Shown here piece by piece: positions 31,692-38,598 of a DNA stretch of 64,000 nucleotides. Under the pieces are notes generated by a model. It saw only the letters and a list, made by a program, of their open reading frames with translations. It made no database searches and was not told the origin of the DNA. Made by a program: the position numbers and the translations under genes. Source of the DNA: an uncultured bacterium (GTDB taxonomy: Bacteria > Omnitrophota > Omnitrophia > Omnitrophales > Aquincolibacteriaceae); assembly GCA_964434115.1 (NCBI GenBank), contig CAYSSX010000011.1, positions 3,605 through 67,604 of the forward strand, read 5' to 3'. Numbering within the stretch: position 1 is the stretch's first letter; every line of letters begins with the position of its first letter.

Positions 31692-32475
31692 GACAAAGAG
31701 TCCTTTCGGAAGGCTGGGCCAAGACACGATCCCTGACGAGTTCAAGCTGGGATATTTTGTTTTCAATCCCGCAGGTCCAGTTGGCATGATGTAAGACGAT
31801 GTCGCCGGGAACCCCCAGACGGTCTCCCTTGGCCCAAATTTTTTCAGTCTGGATTCCAGGACTGAAAAAGCTGGGCGGGAAATAGCGCAGACGAACTCCA
31901 TAAGAACTTCCTAGATGAGGCTTTAAAAAGAGCAAAAGAGACCGCATCGGCCCTTGCAGCCAAACAAAGCGGCTCAAAAATGAAACGATCTTCCAAAGAA
32001 TGCGAAGGGGCGCACGCGCTCTCCTAAACCACAGATCGTTGAGAGCTTCTTGGTCGTGTTTTTCAGGAAAAAGGGCCATTTCCATCTGTACGTCCCGCCA
32101 CAAGCGGATCGTTTTGGCATTGGACCGGCAGGCGAAGAATCCGGTTCCCAAGGTCCCCTGGGGAGAATCTTGCAAAACAGCAAGGTCGCAGCGGGCCATG
32201 AGGGTTAGAACCCAAGGCTCTGTTTTTCTGAAAAATTGGATATCGACATCTGAAAAGAGGAAAACTTCCCCCGGATTTTCGCGGAGGGCCCGAAGGATAA
32301 GAGAAACCTTTTTATGAATAGCACGATTCCAAGAGGAGTCCTTGTAATTTCCAGTCCCCGCTGAGGGGTCTGAATCCAGTTGAAGGAGGTAAGGGTCTTT
32401 GAGGCTGGGGAGAAACCATTGCTCGGCCAATGGCCGGTGAGAGACAGAACAAAGACAATAGAGCTTCAGCGGCAT
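31678..32475 (-). CDS. Putative nucleotide-diphospho-sugar transferase (Nucleotid_trans-like, DxD)
   Basis: 265 aa. The FLFSDVDIQFF DxD-type motif, and its placement inside the glycan cluster. Confidence 0.4.
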   Translation of the reverse strand: MPLKLYCLCSVSHRPLAEQWFLPSLKDPYLLQLDSDPSAGTGNYKDSSWNRAIHKKVSLILRALRENPGEVFLFSDVDIQFFRKTEPWVLTLMARCDLAVLQDSPQGTLGTGFFACRSNAKTIRLWRDVQMEMALFPEKHDQEALNDLWFRRARAPLRILWKIVSFLSRFVWLQGPMRSLLLFLKPHLGSSYGVRLRYFPPSFFSPGIQTEKIWAKGDRLGVPGDIVLHHANWTCGIENKISQLELVRDRVLAQPSERTLCHAES

Positions 32476-32490
32476 GGGGGCACGGGGACG

Positions 32491-33255
32491 TTAAAGATAG
32501 GTTTTAATCAGGCTTTGGCCGGACCGAAACAAATAATCCCAAGAATTCCGGGCGAGCCGCGAGTCGCGAAGCTTTGGGTTCACAGAAACAGGGACTTCGC
32601 GGAGCCTTAGGTTATAGCGTCCGGCAAGAAGGATTGTCTCCAGTGTGTAAGTGTAAGTGGAAACAAGATTCATGAGCAGGGCTGTGCGGCGGTTGCAAGC
32701 CCTAAAGCCGCTTGTAGCGTCCTTAACTCCCGTTCCAGAGATTTTGCCGATGACCCAGCTGCCCGTTTTTTGTAAGCGCTTTTTCATCCAAGAAAAATCG
32801 GAAATTTCTTCGATAGGACGTGTCCCGATCACAAAATCAGCCCCGTCTTCAAGGATCGGGCGGATAAGATCAGGAATGTGCCGCGCAGAGTATTGGTTGT
32901 CAGCATCCGTATTGATGATGATATCGGCCCCCCAATCCAGCCCGTAACGGAGGCCCGATGAGAAAGCTTGGGCAAGGCCGCGGTGATTTTCAAACCGGAT
33001 AAGATGAGAAACACCATTTTCTTTGGCCACGCGCGAAGTGCTGTCCGTGCTTCCGTCATCCACCACAAGGACAGCAAGCTCTTTGACTCCCGGAATTTTT
33101 TTTGGCAGATCCCGAAGAGTGATGGGAAGACAGGCCTCCTCGTTCCAGCACGGGATTTGAATCATGACTTTAAGATTGTTTTGGAAAAGCGCGGACGAGG
33201 ATGCGCGGAGGCTGTCGAACAGCATTGGATCCTGAGAGAGAAAGGTCTGCGTCAT
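32491..33255 (-). CDS. GT2 glycosyltransferase (DPM1/polyprenol-phosphate glycosyltransferase-like). The start is uncertain; candidates are 33390, 33255 and 33165.
   Basis: VMIQIPCWNEEACLPITL...LVVDDGSTDSTSRVAKENG...LAQAFSSGLRY are typical GT2 (PF00535) motifs. Confidence 0.75.
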   Translation of the reverse strand: MTQTFLSQDPMLFDSLRASSSALFQNNLKVMIQIPCWNEEACLPITLRDLPKKIPGVKELAVLVVDDGSTDSTSRVAKENGVSHLIRFENHRGLAQAFSSGLRYGLDWGADIIINTDADNQYSARHIPDLIRPILEDGADFVIGTRPIEEISDFSWMKKRLQKTGSWVIGKISGTGVKDATSGFRACNRRTALLMNLVSTYTYTLETILLAGRYNLRLREVPVSVNPKLRDSRLARNSWDYLFRSGQSLIKTYL

Positions 33256-33469
33256 GTCGGACCATACCCAAAGAGAGTCAACCGTGATTGTCGTTGAAGA
33301 GAAGCGAGCAGAAATTAGTTTATCGGAAAAAAGGTATGAAGCAAGACTGAAATCATGAAAACCTGATTCAGGCCCGGGTTTATCCCCCAAGACTACGGCG
33401 AAGCAAAAGGATGGAAAGAAAAATCATAGACAAAAACTAATAAATATATGCTGATTATCTATTTTGTAA

Positions 33470-33547
33470 ATGATTCGAGGGGAAGTATGCTTCGTTCATC
33501 GAAGCGGTGAAGCCGGAAGAGGCCGTTACAAAGGAGATTAGCTTGTC
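33470..33547 (+). ncRNA. Candidate yybP-ykoY (Mn2+) riboswitch-like leader upstream of TerC
   Basis: GGGGAAGUA (33479-33487) resembles the conserved GGGGAGUA L1 element. Then a hairpin gcttcg-ttcat-cgaagc (33489-33505), then ...GAUUAGCUUGUCAUGG spanning the SD and ATG. TerC-family genes are a classic target of this riboswitch. Confidence 0.35.
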
Positions 33548-34507
33548 ATGGAAAATTTGATACCCTGGATTGTTTTTAATCTTTTCGTTTTACTGATGCT
33601 GGCCCTTGATTTGGGAGTTTTTCATAAAAAAAATCATGTCATAAACTTCAAAGAAGCCTTAGCTTGGAGCGGGGTGTGGATCGGCCTCGCGCTCGCCTTT
33701 AATCTGGGGATTTATTTTTGGAAGGGCCCTCAAAGCGGGCTGGAATTTTTGACCGGCTATCTGATCGAAAAGGCATTAAGCGTTGATAATATCTTTGTTT
33801 TCATCATGATCTTTGCTTATTTCAAAGTCCCTGCCCTCTATCAGCACAAGGTTCTCTTTTGGGGAATCCTGGGCGCCCTGGTCATGCGAGCCCTTTTTAT
33901 AGCCGCGGGGATCACTCTTTTAAAGCAATTCCATGGGCTTATTTATATCTTCGGGGCATTTCTAATCTTTACGGGGATCAAGATGGCTCTGAAAAAAGAT
34001 GAGGAAATCCACCCCGAAAACAACCCGTTCATTAAACTGTGCAAAAAAATCCTTCCGACAACCCATGAGTACGACGGGGGGAATTTTTTTACTAAAATCT
34101 CGGGCAGGTTTTATGCAACGCCGCTTTTTTTGGCGCTCGTTCTCGTTGAATTGACCGATGTCGTTTTTGCGGTTGATTCTATACCGGCTATTCTTGCGGT
34201 CACAGAAGACCCTTTCATTGTTTACACGTCAAACGTTTTTGCCATTCTGGGCATGCGGTCGCTCTACTTTGCGGTCTCGGGAAGCATGAGCAAATTTCAC
34301 TTCTTGCACTATGGTTTAGCAGCGATCCTTGTTTTTGTGGGCTCCAAAATGATGCTGGCAGAGTTCTATAAAGTCCCGATAGGCTTATCGCTTGCCATGA
34401 TAGCGTCCGCGCTTCTTTGCTCTGTTGGGGCCTCTAAAATTTGGCCCCAAAAAAAGGAGGAAGAAAATCTTTCAGGAGAGTCTAAAAAGGATTCTTGTGG
34501 AATTTAA
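33548..34507 (+). CDS. TerC-family integral membrane protein (Mn/metal exporter family)
   Basis: 319 aa. LSVDNIFVFIMIF and a second DSIPAILAV repeat are characteristic of the TerC family. Confidence 0.8.
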   Translation: MENLIPWIVFNLFVLLMLALDLGVFHKKNHVINFKEALAWSGVWIGLALAFNLGIYFWKGPQSGLEFLTGYLIEKALSVDNIFVFIMIFAYFKVPALYQHKVLFWGILGALVMRALFIAAGITLLKQFHGLIYIFGAFLIFTGIKMALKKDEEIHPENNPFIKLCKKILPTTHEYDGGNFFTKISGRFYATPLFLALVLVELTDVVFAVDSIPAILAVTEDPFIVYTSNVFAILGMRSLYFAVSGSMSKFHFLHYGLAAILVFVGSKMMLAEFYKVPIGLSLAMIASALLCSVGASKIWPQKKEEENLSGESKKDSCGI

Positions 34508-34562
34508 GTGCTGTGAGGAATATAAATAGTCATCGGGAGCTAAAACCCGACAGGAGAGAGCA

Positions 34563-35159
34563 ATGAAAAAAAATATTTTAATCGGACTCGGTGTTGTGAT
34601 TGCTCTGGCGCTGATTATGGCGTCGAGTTTCGGAGGTATCTATAACCGCCTTGTAACATCCGAGGAAGGCGTGAAAAGCGCCTGGGCCCAGGTTGAGAAC
34701 GTGTATCAACGCAGACTGGATCTTATTCCCAACCTTGTTGAAACCGTCAAGGGATACGCGGCACACGAAAAAGAAACCCTCTCCCGGGTGGTCGAAGCGC
34801 GAGCCAGCATTTCACAGATGAAAATTTCGTCGGACGTTGTTAACGATCCCGCGGCACTTGAAAAATTTCAGGCTTCGCAAGGGACCCTTTCTTCAGCGCT
34901 CAGCCGGCTGCTTGTAGTGGCTGAACAGTATCCTGACCTGAAGGCAAGCCAGAATTTTTTAGCCCTGCAGAGCCAGCTCGAAGGCACCGAGAATAGAATC
35001 ACGGTCGAGCGTATGAGATTCAATGAAGCGGCGCAAAAATTCAACACCTTACGCAGGACCTTTCCCGCTGCGTTTTTGGCCAACATGATGGGGTTTAAAG
35101 AGAAAGCCTACTTTCAAGCTGACGCTGCGGCCGCAAAAGCCCCCAGTGTTCAGTTTTAA
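34563..35159 (+). CDS. LemA-family protein
   Basis: 198 aa with an N-terminal TM segment followed by SAWAQVENVYQRRLDLIPNLVETVKGYAAHEKETL, the LemA signature. Confidence 0.8.
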   Translation: MKKNILIGLGVVIALALIMASSFGGIYNRLVTSEEGVKSAWAQVENVYQRRLDLIPNLVETVKGYAAHEKETLSRVVEARASISQMKISSDVVNDPAALEKFQASQGTLSSALSRLLVVAEQYPDLKASQNFLALQSQLEGTENRITVERMRFNEAAQKFNTLRRTFPAAFLANMMGFKEKAYFQADAAAAKAPSVQF

Positions 35160-35162
35160 GCC

Positions 35163-35960
35163 ATGACGAAGGCTCTAAAAGCCGGAATCGTATTTGTTTT
35201 TTTGGGCCTCATGCCCGCCGCATCCGCCGCCCTTAAAATACCGGCCCAGCCTGATGGGTATATCACGGATCAAGCGGGCATGATGACGCCTGCGCTTCGG
35301 TCCCGCCTTGAGGCACGGCTGCAGGATTTTGAAAAGCAGACCACCAGCCAAATTTTGATAGCCACATTTCAAACCCTTGATGGGGAATCACTCGAAGATT
35401 TTTCAATACGCGTTGCCGAAACCTGGAAAGCCGGTCAGCAAGGGAAGGACAACGGGGTTCTTTTGCTTATCTTTCGAGACGATCGAAAAATCAGAATCGA
35501 AGTGGGCTATGGCCTCGAAGGGGTTTTAACGGACGCCCTCTCTGCGGCAATCATTCGAGACATCATTACGCCACAGTTCAAGACCGGGAATTTTGACCAA
35601 GGCATCGAAGACGGCGCGGATGCCCTCATGAAAACCATTCGCGGGGAATATACAGCGCCGCGCCCCGAGCCGCCCAGCGAGACCGACGGACTCGTCCACG
35701 CTGTCCTCATGGTGCTTTTGGCTGCCGGCGTGCTGGATGTGATTCGCTATCTATCTTATTGGTCAGGGCATCGCAGCTACAGCGGCCGGTACGGTGTCTG
35801 GGAATGGTTTTTTCTTTTTTCTATTCTTTGGTTTATTCTTAGACTTCTTTTGAGCAGCCGGGGCGGTTACTCCGGCCGAAGCGGCGGCTGGAACAGCGGC
35901 GGCGGTTACTCCGGCGGCGGGGGACGTTTTGGCGGCGGCGGTGCGAGCGGAGGGTGGTGA
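35163..35960 (+). CDS. TPM-domain (YgcG-like) protein with a C-terminal Gly-rich tail
   Basis: A signal/TM segment, then the TPM core GVLLLIFRDDRKIRIEVGYGLEGVLTDALSAAIIRDIITPQFKTGNFDQGI, a second TM segment, and a GGYSGRSGGWNSGGGYSGGGGRFGGGG tail. The 3-nt gap after LemA fits the classic LemA-TPM pair. Confidence 0.75.
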   Translation: MTKALKAGIVFVFLGLMPAASAALKIPAQPDGYITDQAGMMTPALRSRLEARLQDFEKQTTSQILIATFQTLDGESLEDFSIRVAETWKAGQQGKDNGVLLLIFRDDRKIRIEVGYGLEGVLTDALSAAIIRDIITPQFKTGNFDQGIEDGADALMKTIRGEYTAPRPEPPSETDGLVHAVLMVLLAAGVLDVIRYLSYWSGHRSYSGRYGVWEWFFLFSILWFILRLLLSSRGGYSGRSGGWNSGGGYSGGGGRFGGGGASGGW

Positions 35961-36424
35961 TGAAAAAAATGGCATTTATGAGATTTCCTATCCCGGCGCT
36001 CTTTTTCTCTCGAAAAGAAAAAGAGAGGATTCAAAGCGCTATTCGAGAGGTTGAAAAAGAGACCTCTGCCGAGATCCGCGTCCATCTTGAACGCCGGCAA
36101 AAAGGGCGTGATACTTTGGAACAGGCCCGCGAGTCTTTTGAAAGAATCGGAATGACGGCGACGCAAGAAAAGAACGGGATCCTTATTTTTTTATGCCCCG
36201 AAACTCGACGCTTTGCCGTTTTGGGTGACTCGGGCATTCATGAAAAGGTTTCCCAAGACTTTTGGGAAGAAATCAGCCGCGCGATGAAACCTCATTTTTT
36301 ACAGGATCGATTTGCCGACGGTATTGTCGAGGCTGTGGAAAAAATCGGAAGCCGAGTGAAGAAATTTTTTCCAAGAAAAACGGGCGACCGGAACGAACTT
36401 CCGGATAATATTTCCCACGGTTGA
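35954..36424 (+). CDS. Second TPM-domain protein (cytoplasmic-type)
   Basis: 156 aa. ERIQSAIREVEKETSAEIRVHL...NGILIFLCPETRRFAVLGDSGIHEKV...FADGIVEAVEKIG is the TPM pattern. Confidence 0.65.
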   Translation: MVMKKMAFMRFPIPALFFSRKEKERIQSAIREVEKETSAEIRVHLERRQKGRDTLEQARESFERIGMTATQEKNGILIFLCPETRRFAVLGDSGIHEKVSQDFWEEISRAMKPHFLQDRFADGIVEAVEKIGSRVKKFFPRKTGDRNELPDNISHG

Positions 36425-36445
36425 AAGGCTGATGGAAGAGAACCC

Positions 36446-37444
36446 TTGAACAAACGCCTTCTCCTGTACCTTGCTGAAAATTACAACGGAGCACCCCCCG
36501 CATCAGAAGCCCCCTGCATTTCCTCGCACTGGCAGCAATGTCTTGAGCGGCTCAAAATCAAAACCGATGATGAAGGGAAAATTATTTTCCTGGCCGCCCG
36601 GGACACGGGGCTCGACACCTTTGAGCGGCGGGGTTTTTTAGATGCATTGACCGAGTTCCTAAACATGGCTATCCATTGGCTGCGGCTTCCCAGAAAAAAA
36701 GAACTGTTAAAGCTCTCCGCGAAGGCGCTTTCAGTTTGCCGGGCGATGAAACGCCCTTTTAACTTCGACGTTTTCCGCCAGCTGTACTGTCTGGCAGTCA
36801 TTAAGGAAAACTTTGGCGTTCAGGGGGCCCCCGAGCTTTGCCGGAATGTGCTCATGGTGGGGGACGGCTACGGGATTCTTTCCGCGGTTTTCAAAGAGGT
36901 TTTTCCAGAAAGCCGTTTGGTTCTGGTCGATCTCGGGAAAACACTATTGCTTCAGGCGGCCTATTGCCAGCTCGCGCACCCAGGGAAAAAGCACAGGCTT
37001 TTTAACGAAGTTGACGCGTCGAGCAGCGACTTCGTGTACTGCCCGGCCGAGTTTTTGGAGAAACTCGAAGGGCTCCGGTTCGATTTAGCAGTTAATATCG
37101 TTTCGATGCATGAGATGAATGCCGGGAGCATCCGCCGCTACTTTGATTTTTTCCGGAAAAATATGAACGAGAGAAATCTGTTTTATTGCTGTAACCGGGA
37201 GTACAAGCAGCTCAAAGGAGGCGAGAAGACGCTCTTTTCTGATTATCCGTGGCACCCGGAAGACAAAATATTTTTTGATGAACCATGTCCGTGGCATCAG
37301 GTTTTTCTCTCCAGAAGGTCAGGCCGAAGCCCGGGCTTGGGCGGGTTTAGATTCCTCCCCCGGCTGAACTATTATCACAGCGAATCAAAAGGGTATGGGA
37401 GGATAAGGCACCGTCTTTGTGTCTTGGGGGTGGAGACACCTTGA
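36446..37444 (+). CDS. Putative class-I SAM-dependent methyltransferase (sugar O-methyltransferase-like)
   Basis: Motif I-like VLMVGDGYGILSAVF followed by LVLVDLGKTLL and DLAVNIVSMHEMN (motif IV-like). Confidence 0.45.
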   Translation: MNKRLLLYLAENYNGAPPASEAPCISSHWQQCLERLKIKTDDEGKIIFLAARDTGLDTFERRGFLDALTEFLNMAIHWLRLPRKKELLKLSAKALSVCRAMKRPFNFDVFRQLYCLAVIKENFGVQGAPELCRNVLMVGDGYGILSAVFKEVFPESRLVLVDLGKTLLLQAAYCQLAHPGKKHRLFNEVDASSSDFVYCPAEFLEKLEGLRFDLAVNIVSMHEMNAGSIRRYFDFFRKNMNERNLFYCCNREYKQLKGGEKTLFSDYPWHPEDKIFFDEPCPWHQVFLSRRSGRSPGLGGFRFLPRLNYYHSESKGYGRIRHRLCVLGVETP

Positions 37445-37461
37445 AACGTAAAAGGCGATCC

Positions 37462-38022
37462 TTAACGGGGTTTTTTCGGGAACACGCGAACAGCGATGTC
37501 CTTCGGAGCCTTTGCTAAAAAGCAGATTGTTTTTTTTAAGAAACCTGGCAGCCGGACCCTGCCGTTGTTCAATTCCCGAAGCCTTTTAAAAATAACATGA
37601 AGAGTCCATTCCGCGAGCGATAAAAAGCCAATCAGGCGCGACGAAAGCCTTGATCCGGCCGACGAAAAATTCACGGACTTTTTATCTCTTCGCGCCCCCT
37701 GCACAATGCCCACAAGGCTCTCCTTAAAAAATGGAGGATCCGCGACCCAGGCGTTGTCCGGCTTTGCAATCATTCCGAACTTTTCGCCGATGGGCTTTCG
37801 ATACAGAAAACGGTGAACCCAGCGATGCCCGCGCGCCGTATAGACAACAATGTCTCCCAGCCGAAGGTCCTGTGCTGAGACAGGCCGGACAAGAATTAAA
37901 TCTTCATCTTGGAGCACAGGGAACATGCATTGCCCCTTATAAATGAACCGCACAAGACCCTCGCGGGTTTCGACAGTATTAATAAGCCGCAGAGCTTCTT
38001 CCTTAATGGGGGTATCAGCCAT
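37462..38022 (-). CDS. Soluble S24/S26-type (signal-peptidase-I / LexA-like) peptidase homologue, in which the Ser/Lys dyad positions carry Cys and His
   Basis: 186 aa. KGQCMFPVLQDEDLILV aligns with SPase-I box B (G-D-S-M-x-P-T-L..GD.L.V). LGDIVVY aligns with box C (RGDIVV). RWVHRFLYRKPIGE aligns with box D (V-K-R-vIGlPGD). So S becomes C and K becomes H. There is no N-terminal TM anchor. Confidence 0.55.
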   Translation of the reverse strand: MADTPIKEEALRLINTVETREGLVRFIYKGQCMFPVLQDEDLILVRPVSAQDLRLGDIVVYTARGHRWVHRFLYRKPIGEKFGMIAKPDNAWVADPPFFKESLVGIVQGARRDKKSVNFSSAGSRLSSRLIGFLSLAEWTLHVIFKRLRELNNGRVRLPGFLKKTICFLAKAPKDIAVRVFPKKPR

Positions 38023-38087
38023 AAAATAGAACCCTTCCAGAGGTTGTAGAGATCATCGGCATCAGGTAACCTTTCTATAGGAGGGGT

Positions 38088-38438
38088 TTGAACCCTGTGG
38101 CCCGAGGGAAACGGCTGTTACCAAACCGGAACAATCCGTTGACCCCCGAAATGTGCAGAGCTAAACTGGTCTTAATGCAAATCCTTGTCGATAAAGAAGT
38201 TGTTTGCTGGAGTAAGCTGGGAGACGAAACGCTCCTGCTGAACCTTGATACAGGCTATTATTACACGCTCGATGAGCTGGGCGGCTTGATCTGGGAGATG
38301 CTGATCGAGCAGCATGATCAGGAAAAGATCGTAGAACGGATTGTCTCCGAGTACGAAGCCGAAAGAAAGTCTGTGGAAAGTGACTTGAAAACTCTTCTGG
38401 AAGAACTTCAGAGAGAGGGTATGATTGTCATTAAGTAG
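38088..38438 (+). CDS. PqqD-family protein (RiPP recognition element-like). Start uncertain among TTG 38088, GTG 38097 and ATG 38175.
   Basis: The C-terminal 88 aa, MQILVDKEVVCWSKLGDETLLLNLDTGYYYTLDELGGLIWEMLIEQHDQEKIVERIVSEYEAERKSVESDLKTLLEELQREGMIVIK, fit the PqqD/RRE pattern (..vL.N..TG.yy.LN..g..IWe.l..........l...Y.v......Dv..fl..L...GLi). It is paralogous to the gene at 48091. Confidence 0.8.
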   Translation: MNPVARGKRLLPNRNNPLTPEMCRAKLVLMQILVDKEVVCWSKLGDETLLLNLDTGYYYTLDELGGLIWEMLIEQHDQEKIVERIVSEYEAERKSVESDLKTLLEELQREGMIVIK

Positions 38439-38449
38439 GGAGGTCCGTT

Positions 38450-38563
38450 GTGGAAAACGCAGAGAAACAGGAAAAGCCCGAAAGCAATGGAAAGAAGAAG
38501 CTTTATAAGAAGCCGGCCATAAAAAAATATGAACGGCTCTATGAACCCGGAATCGGATCTTAA
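38450..38563 (+). CDS. Unannotated 37-aa basic peptide, a candidate precursor/substrate peptide of the adjacent modification system
   Basis: GTG at 38450, preceded by GGGAGG (38438-38443) with a 6-nt spacer. Translation: (M)ENAEKQEKPESNGKKKLYKKPAIKKYERLYEPGIGS, stop TAA at 38561-38563. It starts 12 nt after the PqqD stop. It is homologous to the peptide at 47852 through a shared Y-x-K-P-A-(I/L)-x-K motif. Confidence 0.6.
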   Translation: MENAEKQEKPESNGKKKLYKKPAIKKYERLYEPGIGS

Positions 38564-38598
38564 CACGCGCTTGAAAAACCCTCACTAATCCTGGGCTG

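Noticed and set aside
31692-31901. 70-aa N-terminal extension of the Wzm permease ORF
   Set aside because: It is hydrophilic or irregular, overlaps the upstream gene by more than 200 nt, and ABC-2 permeases of this type are ~260-290 aa. The internal ATG at 31691 gives the usual length and a 14-nt overlap.
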